A stretch of DNA of 64,000 nt from assembly GCA_965208575.1 (NCBI GenBank), contig CBDBOV010000004.1, forward strand, positions 320,001 through 384,000. Direction: 5' to 3'. Source of the stretch: Spirochaetia bacterium. GTDB lineage: Bacteria > Spirochaetota > Spirochaetia > SZUA-6 > Bin103. Below the pieces are notes generated by a model. That model was not told the origin of the DNA. It ran no database searches and worked only from the letters and a program-made list of their open reading frames with translations. Made by a program: the position numbers and the translations under genes. Shown here one piece after another: positions 44,387-53,119 of the stretch. Numbering within the stretch: position 1 is the first letter of the stretch; every line of letters begins with the position of its first letter.

Positions 44387-45759
44387 GTACTCACTCGGCT
44401 GACCCGGTCCGCGCGCTCCGCACCAACCTCCCCTACCGGACGGCGCTGAGCCTGGTCCTCGATGCCGGCGCGCCGCTGGCGGCGACCACGGTGGTGCTGG
44501 ACGAGGCGGTGGGCCGCGTCACGGCGCGTGCGGTGGTCAGTACCGAGACTTCACCCAACGCCGACCTGGCGGCGATGGACGGCTACGCCGTACGCGCCGG
44601 CGATCTGCACGGCGCAACGGCCGCGACGCCGGGCCGGCTGGCCGTCATCGGCGCCGTTGCGGCCGGCGAGCAGCCGCCACCGGGCGCGACCGCCGCCGGC
44701 GTGGTTCGTATCGCCACCGGCGCGCTGCTGCCGGACGGGTACGACACCGTGGTGCCGTTCGAGGAGGTCACCGAAGCGAGCGGCGCAATCGAAGTGTCGG
44801 CGCCGGTGGCGGCGGGCGCCAACGTACGCCGGCGGGGCGAGGATCACCGCCCGGGGGACGTGCTGCTGGAAGCCGGGCGGCGCATCGGCCCGCCGCACGT
44901 GCTGCTGCTCGCCAACGTGGGCTGCGCGCAGGTCCCGGTCGTGCGCCGGCCGCGGGTGGCGGTGCTGGCCACCGGCAGCGAGCTGGTGGAGGACCTCAGC
45001 GCCGCCCTGCAGCCGGGACAGGTGCGCAACTCGAACGCGCGCTACCTGGTGGCGGCGCTGCATGCCGCCGGCTGCGAGCCCGTTCTGCTCCCCGCCGCCG
45101 GTGACGACCCGGACGTGATCGCCGAGCGGGTGCGCGATGCGTTCGATGTGGACCAGTCGGCCGCGGACCTGGCCGTCACCATCGGCGGCGTGTCGCGCGG
45201 CGCCGCCGACTTCGTGCCCGCGGCGCTGGCCGCCCTGCACGCCGAGGTGCTGTTCCACGGGGTGGCGATCCGTCCCGGCAAGCCGGTGCTGTGCGCCCGC
45301 CTGCCGGAACGCCGCGCGATGCTGTTCGGTCTGCCCGGCAACCCGCTGGCGGTGCTGGCCACGTTCCGGGCTTTGGTGGCCCCTCATCTGCGTGCCTTGC
45401 AGGGCCGGCCTCCCTCGGAGCCGGTCGCCGCCCGTCTGGCAGCCGCCGTAGCCGGTCGCCCGGGCCTGACGCGATTGGTGCTCGGGCATCGCATCGCGGT
45501 CGCTACCGCGACTGCGTTCGCGGACGGCATCGACCAGGTAGCTCCCATGCGGCGGCAGAAGGCATCCGAGGTGGCCGCGTTGCGCCACGCCGACCGCTGG
45601 CTGGTGATACCGCCGGAGGCCGCCGAGTTGCCCGCGGGCTCCGAAGTCGAGACGCTGCCGCTGTGGTGCCGCAGCACGTCTCCGTCGTCCGCCAACGTGC
45701 TTGCAGAAACCGCCCGTTTCGCGGAGCATGGCAGCATCCGAGGAGGTCTCGTGACATGA
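44383..45759 (+). CDS. moeA: Molybdopterin molybdotransferase MoeA
   Basis: AMDGYA, IATGA, DTVVPFE, NVRRRGED, ATGSEL, NSN, GGVSRG, IRPGKP and GLPGNP. Confidence 0.93.
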   Translation: MSTHSADPVRALRTNLPYRTALSLVLDAGAPLAATTVVLDEAVGRVTARAVVSTETSPNADLAAMDGYAVRAGDLHGATAATPGRLAVIGAVAAGEQPPPGATAAGVVRIATGALLPDGYDTVVPFEEVTEASGAIEVSAPVAAGANVRRRGEDHRPGDVLLEAGRRIGPPHVLLLANVGCAQVPVVRRPRVAVLATGSELVEDLSAALQPGQVRNSNARYLVAALHAAGCEPVLLPAAGDDPDVIAERVRDAFDVDQSAADLAVTIGGVSRGAADFVPAALAALHAEVLFHGVAIRPGKPVLCARLPERRAMLFGLPGNPLAVLATFRALVAPHLRALQGRPPSEPVAARLAAAVAGRPGLTRLVLGHRIAVATATAFADGIDQVAPMRRQKASEVAALRHADRWLVIPPEAAELPAGSEVETLPLWCRSTSPSSANVLAETARFAEHGSIRGGLVT

Positions 45760-46748
45760 AACGAATCCTTATCGCGGCAGGGATGGCCCTGCTGCTGGTC
45801 GCCGCCGCCGGGGCGGACGAAATCAAGCCGGCCGTGGTATTCGACATGGGCGGCAAGTTCGACAAGTCGTTCAACGAGGGCATCTACAACGGCGTAGAGA
45901 AGTTCCGGGAAGAAACCGGCATCGAGTACGGCGAGTTCGAAGTGACCAACGAGGCACAGCGCGAGCAGGCGCTGCGCAACTTCGCGCGCCGCGGCTACAA
46001 CCCGATCATCGCCGTCGGCTTCGGGCAGGCGCCGGCGCTCGACAAGGTGGCCGCCGAGTATCCCCACACCAGCTTCTCGATCATCGACATGGTGGTGGAC
46101 CAGCCCAACGTGCAGTCGATCGTGTTCAAGGAGCATGAAGGCTCGTTCCTGGTCGGCATGATCGCGGCGCTCGCCTCGGAGACCGGCAAGGTCGGCTTCG
46201 TCGGCGGCATGGACATTCCGTTGATCCGCCGCTTCGCGTGCGGCTACGAACAGGGCGTGATGTACGTCAACTCCGACGCGCAGGTGTACCAGAACATGAC
46301 CGGCACCACGCCCGCGGCGTGGAACGACCCGGTGAAGGGCGCCGAGCTGGCCAAGTCACAGTTCGACCGCGGCGCCGACATCGTGTTCGCCGCCGCCGGC
46401 GGCACCGGGCTCGGCGTGCTGCAGGCGGCAGCCGACGGCGGCAAGCTGTCGATCGGCGTCGACTCCAACCAGAACTACCTGCATCCCGGATCGGTGCTCA
46501 CCTCGATGCTGAAGCGCGTCGACGTGGCCGCCTACGAGGTGTTCAAGACCGCCATGGATCACACTTGGGCGGCGGGAATCAAGGACCTGGGGCTGGCCGA
46601 GGACGGCGTCGGCTGGGCGCTGGACGAGCATAACGGCGGCCTGATCACCGACGAGATGGAGGCGCAGGTGGAAGCCGCCCGAGCGGCGATCGTCGCCGGT
46701 GAGATGAGCGTCCACGACTACATGTCCGACAACTCCTGCACGTACTGA
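45756..46748 (+). CDS. BMP family (purine nucleoside-type) ABC substrate-binding protein
   Basis: GAGGAGG SD, GGKFDKSFNE, FKEHEGSFLVG, GFVGGMD, IGVDSNQ and SMLKRVD. Confidence 0.93.
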   Translation: MKRILIAAGMALLLVAAAGADEIKPAVVFDMGGKFDKSFNEGIYNGVEKFREETGIEYGEFEVTNEAQREQALRNFARRGYNPIIAVGFGQAPALDKVAAEYPHTSFSIIDMVVDQPNVQSIVFKEHEGSFLVGMIAALASETGKVGFVGGMDIPLIRRFACGYEQGVMYVNSDAQVYQNMTGTTPAAWNDPVKGAELAKSQFDRGADIVFAAAGGTGLGVLQAAADGGKLSIGVDSNQNYLHPGSVLTSMLKRVDVAAYEVFKTAMDHTWAAGIKDLGLAEDGVGWALDEHNGGLITDEMEAQVEAARAAIVAGEMSVHDYMSDNSCTY

Positions 46749-46795
46749 CCAAAGCCCCGGACGCCGAGCCGACCGCTGCGCCGCCTGCTGTCGCA

Positions 46796-48304
46796 TTGCG
46801 CTGCATCGACAAGCGGTTCGGCTCGGTGCAGGCCAACCGCGCCGTCTCGGTAGAGGTCGCCAAGGGGTCGATTCACGGCATTATCGGCGAGAACGGTGCC
46901 GGCAAGTCGACCCTGATGAGCATTCTGTATGGCTTCTACCAGGCCGACTCCGGCAGCATCGAGATCGACGGCAGGCCGGCGGCGATCGCCAGTCCCGGCG
47001 ATGCCATCGCCGCCGGCATCGGCATGGTGCACCAGCACTTCATGCTGGTGGAGCCGCTCACGGTGCTGGAGAACGTGCTGCTGGGCGCGGAGGACGGACC
47101 CCTGCTGCGCGACGGCCTGCGGCGGGCGCGCGGCGACCTGGACCGCCTGGAGCGGGACTACGGGCTGGAGGTCGACGTCGACGCGGCGGTCGGCGACCTG
47201 CCGGTCGGCATCCAGCAGCGCGTCGAGATTCTCAAGGCGCTCTACCGCGGCGCCGAGACCCTGATTCTGGACGAACCGACCGGCGTCCTGACGCCGCAGG
47301 AGGCGGACGACCTGTTCCGCATCCTGGCCGCGCTCAAGCGGCAGGGCCGCACGATCATCCTGATCACCCACAAGCTGCGCGAGATCATGGCGATCACCGA
47401 CCGGGTCACGGTGATGCGCCGCGGATCGGTCGTGGCCAACGTGCGCACCGCCGACACCTCGCGCGAACACCTGGCGGAGCTGATGGTGGGCCGCAAGGTG
47501 CTGCTGCGCGTCGACAAGGGTGCCGCGCAGCCGGGCGAGGTGCTGCTGGAGGCGCGCAACCTGGAGTCGGTCGACGACGCCGGCGTGCGGCGGGTCAAGG
47601 ACGTGAGCCTGACCGTGCGGCGCGGTGAGATCGTCGGCGTGGCCGGCGTGGCCGGCAACGGCCAGTCGGAACTGCTGGAGCTGTTGAGCGGCATCCGCCG
47701 GCCCGCCTCCGGTTCGTTGACGGTGAGTGGCCGCCTGTGCTGGTCGGACGTGGAGCGCACCGACGCGCGCCGCATGCGGACCGGGGGCCTGGCGCACATA
47801 CCGGAGGATCGGCAGCGGATGGGACTGGTGACCGCGTTCACCGCCAGCGAGTCGAGCATCCTCGGCTACCAGGACGATGCCGCCTACAACGGGCCGATCC
47901 TGATGCATCGCAGGCGGATCGTGGCATCGTGCCGCCGCCAGATGGAGGAGTACGACGTGCGTCCGCCCGATCCGATGCTGTTCAGCAGCGGCTTCTCGGG
48001 CGGCAACCAGCAGAAGATCATCGTCGCGCGCGAGCTCGACCGCGATCCGGAGGTACTGCTGATCGGACAGCCGACGCGCGGCCTCGACATCGGCGCCATC
48101 GAGTCGATCCACCGCCGCATCGTCGAACTGCGCGATCGCGGCAAGGCGATCCTGCTGGTGTCGGTGGAGCTGGATGAGATCGTGTCGCTGAGCGACCGCA
48201 TCGTGGTGATGTTCGACGGCGCGGTCGCCGGCGAAGTCGCGGCCGCCGATGCCACCGAGCAACTGCTCGGCAGCCTGATGGCCGGCATCGGGAGCGGCTC
48301 CTAG
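46796..48304 (+). CDS. Nucleoside/sugar ABC transporter ATP-binding protein (two NBDs)
   Basis: GENGAGKST, MVHQHF, LILDEPT, GVAGNGQ, PEDR, SGGNQQK and QPTRGLD. The true start may be CTG at 46745. Confidence 0.93.
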   Translation: MRCIDKRFGSVQANRAVSVEVAKGSIHGIIGENGAGKSTLMSILYGFYQADSGSIEIDGRPAAIASPGDAIAAGIGMVHQHFMLVEPLTVLENVLLGAEDGPLLRDGLRRARGDLDRLERDYGLEVDVDAAVGDLPVGIQQRVEILKALYRGAETLILDEPTGVLTPQEADDLFRILAALKRQGRTIILITHKLREIMAITDRVTVMRRGSVVANVRTADTSREHLAELMVGRKVLLRVDKGAAQPGEVLLEARNLESVDDAGVRRVKDVSLTVRRGEIVGVAGVAGNGQSELLELLSGIRRPASGSLTVSGRLCWSDVERTDARRMRTGGLAHIPEDRQRMGLVTAFTASESSILGYQDDAAYNGPILMHRRRIVASCRRQMEEYDVRPPDPMLFSSGFSGGNQQKIIVARELDRDPEVLLIGQPTRGLDIGAIESIHRRIVELRDRGKAILLVSVELDEIVSLSDRIVVMFDGAVAGEVAAADATEQLLGSLMAGIGSGS

Positions 48305-48307
48305 CGC

Positions 48308-49437
48308 ATGGCTACCACGGGCGCGGGCGCCGGGCTGCCGCGCTGGGCGGCCAACGGGGTGCTGCCGCTGGTGAACCTGGTAGCGGCGTTCGTGGTGTCC
48401 GGGATCGTCATCATGATCCTGGGCGAGAGCCCGGTGGAAGCGATGCTGGCGCTGGTGCGCGGCGCGTTCGGGTTCGGCGAGGCGTGGGGCTACACGCTCT
48501 ACTACGCGACCAACTTCATCTTTACCGCCCTGGCGTTCTCGATAGCCATGCACTGCGGGCTGTTCAACATCGGCGGCGAGGGACAGGGCTACATCGGCGG
48601 CCTCGGCGTGGGGCTGGCCTGCCTGTACCTGGACGTCCTGCCGTTCTTCCTGCTGGTGCCGGTGGCGATCATCGGCGGCGCCCTGTTCGGAGCGGCGTGG
48701 GCGTGGGTGCCCGCCTACCTGCAGGCGCGGCGCGGCTCGCACGTAGTGATCACCACCATCATGTTCAACTTCATCGCCGCCACGGTGATGGTCTACCTGC
48801 TGGTCAACGTGCTCATCGAACCGGGGCAGATGTCGCCGCAGAGCCGCGACTTCGCGGAGCACGCGCGGTTGCCGGCGATGCACGAAATTATGGCGTGGCT
48901 GGGGATCGACTTCCCGCGCACGCCGCTGAACGCGGCCTTCCTGTGGGCGCTGGCGTGCGCGGTGCTGGTGTGGGTGTACGTGTGGCACACGCGCTGGGGC
49001 TACGAGCTGCGCACCGTCGGCGCCAACCCGGACGCCGCCGTGTACGCCGGCATCTCGCCGGCGCGCAACATCATCCGCGCCATGGTGGTCTCCGGCGCGC
49101 TGGCCGGGATGATGGGGCTGAACGAGGTGATGGGCGTGAATCAGCGCCTGCTGCTGAACTTCACCGCCGGCTACGGCTTTGTCGGCATCGCGGTGGCGCT
49201 GATGGGGCGCAACCATCCGGCCGGAATCCTGGTGGCCAGCCTGCTGTTCGGCGCGCTCTACCAGGGCGGCGCGGAGCTGGCGTTCGAGATGCCGCGCGTG
49301 AGCCGGGAGCTGGTGGTGGTGATCCAGGGGCTGGTGATCATGTTCGTGGGCGCGTTGGAGTTCCTGTTCCTGCCCGCGCTGAGGCCGTGGCTGCGGGCGC
49401 GCCGGGAGGCGGCCGCGGCACCCGAGGAGCGCGCCTG

Positions 49438-49438
<1 letters not shown>
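48308..49438 (+). CDS. Nucleoside-type ABC permease
   Basis: GLFNIGGEGQ, HVVITTIMFNF, GYELRTVGAN and GFVGIAVALMGRNHP. Confidence 0.92.
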
Positions 49439-50475
<1,037 letters not shown>

Positions 50476-50501
50476 CTCGTTCACTCGCACGACGGTTGAC
50501 G

Positions 50502-51305
50502 ATGGCGCCGAACGATCCTACCGTGCCTGCGACGATGGGCGACGTGACCAGCGAACCGGCGCGGGGCGATGCGTTCGGTGCAGACGGCTTCGTGCAACTG
50601 AGCGGCTTCTACTCGCCCAGCCAGGTAGCCGAGGTACATGCAAACATCGCGCGTTACATCCGCGAGGTGGTGCCGGCCGCGCCGGCTACCGACGTGTTCT
50701 ACGAGGACAAGGCGCGTCCGGAGACGCTGAAACAACTCATCCGCCTGCACGAGCATGACGCGTACTTTCGCAGCTTGCTGGAGGAGGGACCGATGCGTGA
50801 CACGGCGGCCCGGCTGCTCGGGGAGGCGGTGCGGCCGGTCAATCAGCAGGTGTTCATCAAGCCGCCGGGCGGCGACAGCCGCCCCACTCCGCCGCACCAG
50901 GACGCCTATTACTTCCACCTCCAACCGTGCATCGCCACCACGCTGTGGCTGGCGCTGGACGACGTCGATGCCGAGAACGGCTGCCTGCGCTACGTGCGCG
51001 GCTCGCACCTGCGCGGCGTGCGCCCGCACCGGCGCACCGCGACGCTCGGTTTCTCGCAGGGGGTGAGTGATTTCGGCACGCCGGAGGACCTGGCCAACGA
51101 GGTGGCGTGCACGGCGCGCGTCGGCGACCTGATCGCCCATCACGCCATGACCATCCATCGCGCCGACGCCAACCGCGCCCCGGACCGGCCGCGCCGCGCC
51201 CTGGGGCTGATCTACTACGGGGTCAGCGCCCGCGAGAGCCTGGAGGAGCACGACGCCTACCAGCGCAAGCTCGCCGCCGAGATGAAACAGGCCGGCAGGA
51301 TCTGA
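50502..51305 (+). CDS. PhyH family dioxygenase
   Basis: DGFV, FIKPP, TPPHQDA, LWLALDD, NGCLRYVRGSH, IHRADANR and RRAL. Start could be 50535. Confidence 0.9.
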   Translation: MAPNDPTVPATMGDVTSEPARGDAFGADGFVQLSGFYSPSQVAEVHANIARYIREVVPAAPATDVFYEDKARPETLKQLIRLHEHDAYFRSLLEEGPMRDTAARLLGEAVRPVNQQVFIKPPGGDSRPTPPHQDAYYFHLQPCIATTLWLALDDVDAENGCLRYVRGSHLRGVRPHRRTATLGFSQGVSDFGTPEDLANEVACTARVGDLIAHHAMTIHRADANRAPDRPRRALGLIYYGVSARESLEEHDAYQRKLAAEMKQAGRI

Positions 51306-51354
51306 CCGGGTCGATGGAAGCGACGATCGTCGGGCCACCCGCCACGCCCCATTC

Positions 51355-51395
51355 GCCGCATTGGCCGCACCGGCCGCACCGGCCGCACCGGCCGC
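51355..51395 (+). repeat. 9-bp tandem repeat (GCCGCACCG, about 4.5 units)
   Basis: gccgcattg gccgcaccg gccgcaccg gccgcaccg gccgc in the intergenic region. Confidence 0.75.
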
Positions 51396-51450
51396 CGGAA
51401 GCTGCGCGATGCCGTGGCGCCGCGTTGCGGTGACGCGCGCCCGTACCGCG

Positions 51451-52290
51451 GTGAAGCTGGCCCTGATTGCCGACATCCACGCAAATCTGCCCGCCCTGCA
51501 GGCAGTGCTGGCGGATGTCGACGCTTGGCGGCCCGATCTGGTGGTGGTGCTCGGCGACATCGTCAACCGAGGCCCCCACCCGCGCCAATGTCATGAGCTG
51601 ATCGACTCCCGCGCCCGTGCCGACGGCTGGCGTCTGCTGGCCGGCAACCACGAGGAGTACGTGTTGAGCAAGCACCTCAAGCCCGCCGCGCCCGGCACCC
51701 CGGCCTTCGCGATCCACCAGCACACCTACTGGACCGCCGGCCAGCTCTTCGGCCTGGTCGCCGCGCTGGGCGAGCTCCCCGATCGAGTCGACTTGGACTT
51801 CGCCGAACCGGCGGGCCGTGCGTCCTGTGTTCACGCCTCGCTGCGCGGCAACCGCGACGGCATCTACCCCGAAATGGACGACTGCGAGCTGGCCGCCAAG
51901 GTCGACGGCGGCGCGCGGCTGTTCGCGGTCGGTCATACTCACCGGCCCCTGATTCGCGACCTGGGCGGCACGCTGGTGGTCAACGTGGGTTCTGTGGGGT
52001 TGCCGTTCGACGGCGACCGGCGGGCCGGCTATGCGCGCGCCGTGGCCGGCCCGGGCGGCTGGCAGGTCACCATCCGCCGCCTCGCCTACGACTGGCAGCG
52101 AACACGCGCCGACTGCGTTGCGCCGGAGTTCATCGGGGGAAGCGGCGCCGTGGCACGCATCATTTGCCGTGAATTGGAGATAGCCCATCCCCTGCTGGCC
52201 AAGTGGACGTACTGCTTCGAGGAGCCGATCCTATCGGGCCGGATCACTGTCGAACATTCGGTGACCGAGTTTCTAACTGAGTGGAGTTGA
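51451..52290 (+). CDS. Calcineurin-like metallophosphoesterase
   Basis: DIHAN, LGDIV, GNHE, VHAS, GHTH and NVGSVGLPFDGD. Start uncertain. Confidence 0.9.
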   Translation: MKLALIADIHANLPALQAVLADVDAWRPDLVVVLGDIVNRGPHPRQCHELIDSRARADGWRLLAGNHEEYVLSKHLKPAAPGTPAFAIHQHTYWTAGQLFGLVAALGELPDRVDLDFAEPAGRASCVHASLRGNRDGIYPEMDDCELAAKVDGGARLFAVGHTHRPLIRDLGGTLVVNVGSVGLPFDGDRRAGYARAVAGPGGWQVTIRRLAYDWQRTRADCVAPEFIGGSGAVARIICRELEIAHPLLAKWTYCFEEPILSGRITVEHSVTEFLTEWS

Positions 52291-52353
52291 CAGGTACAAG
52301 CAGGTCCCGGCAGCGCCCACTGTCTTCAGATCTCCAAGACGGGACGGTTGCTG

Positions 52354-52704
52354 CTATCGGACTGGGTGTGGACTCGGAGCGGGGGTGACCGCTTGCTGTT
52401 CGCCGATCGGATCAGCGCCGATCGTTATGCGCAGGTCCATGCCCAGTGCCCGGGTGACTCGCATGACGGTGGCAAACGTCGGGTTCCCGTCTTTCGAGAG
52501 CGCCTTGTAGAGCCCTTGGCGCGTCATGCCGAGTTTACGCGCCAAGCTGCTCATATTGCGGGATCGAGCAATGTTCCCCAGGGCGACACGGATGAGGCTG
52601 CCGTCGCCCGGATCTTCCTCGGTGCATGCTTCGAGATACAGGCGCGCCTCCTCCTCGTTGCCGATGTACTCTGCCGGATCCCATCGGCGGTATGTGCCAC
52701 GCAT
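52354..52704 (-). CDS. Addiction-module antidote HTH protein (HI1420/HigA-like)
   Basis: WDPAEY, ALGNIARSRNMSSLA and GMTRQGLYKALS..GNPTFAT. Confidence 0.92.
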   Translation of the reverse strand: MRGTYRRWDPAEYIGNEEEARLYLEACTEEDPGDGSLIRVALGNIARSRNMSSLARKLGMTRQGLYKALSKDGNPTFATVMRVTRALGMDLRITIGADPIGEQQAVTPAPSPHPVR

Positions 52705-52706
52705 GA

Positions 52707-53080
52707 TTACCTCCAGTCTTCCGCCAATCGCTTGGCGCGTTTGATTTCTCGCTTCTGGCTGTCCTTGTCGCCGCCGCAGAGCAGCACAACGACCGCCGTG
52801 TCAGCTTGGACGGGCGGCAACTGCGCCCACCGTTCAGCGAGCTTGGCGCAAGCGCCGCGGCCCACTCGGCAGTGGCAACGGCATGCACCAAATACACGCG
52901 ATAGCCCGGCCCATGGTGAATGCGCAACTCTTCGACGCCGTCGCCGACCGCCCTGGAATCACCGAAGTGACCGAAGGCCACGATCTGGTCCAGTCGAGCG
53001 TTGATACGGGCCACCGCGCGGTAGTCGCGTAGTCGGCTGAGCCACCGCTGGAAAACATCGCTCTCGACCACGGTGATCAC
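52707..53080 (-). pseudogene. RelE/HigB (HI1419-like) toxin disrupted by a 74-bp frameshifting insertion
   Basis: N-part F..WL..LRD...GHFGD...GVEELRIHHGPGYRVY and C-part VVLLCGGDKDSQKREIKRA-stop lie in different frames, separated by 52809-52882. Confidence 0.85.
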
Positions 53081-53086
53081 AGGTTA

Positions 53087-53115
53087 AGTGTCAACCATGG
53101 GTGTCAGTTTGTCAA
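53087..53115 (-). promoter_or_regulatory. TA operon promoter and operator
   Basis: TTGACA-17 bp-GACACT, 6 nt before the GTG. Overlapping 14/18 palindrome TGTCAACCATGGGTGTCA at 53089-53106. Confidence 0.6.
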
Positions 53116-53119
53116 GCGG

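Noticed and set aside
52535-53080. 181-aa extended toxin ORF as a real fusion protein
   Set aside because: The true toxin C-terminus lies in another frame, and the extension runs out of frame over the antitoxin.
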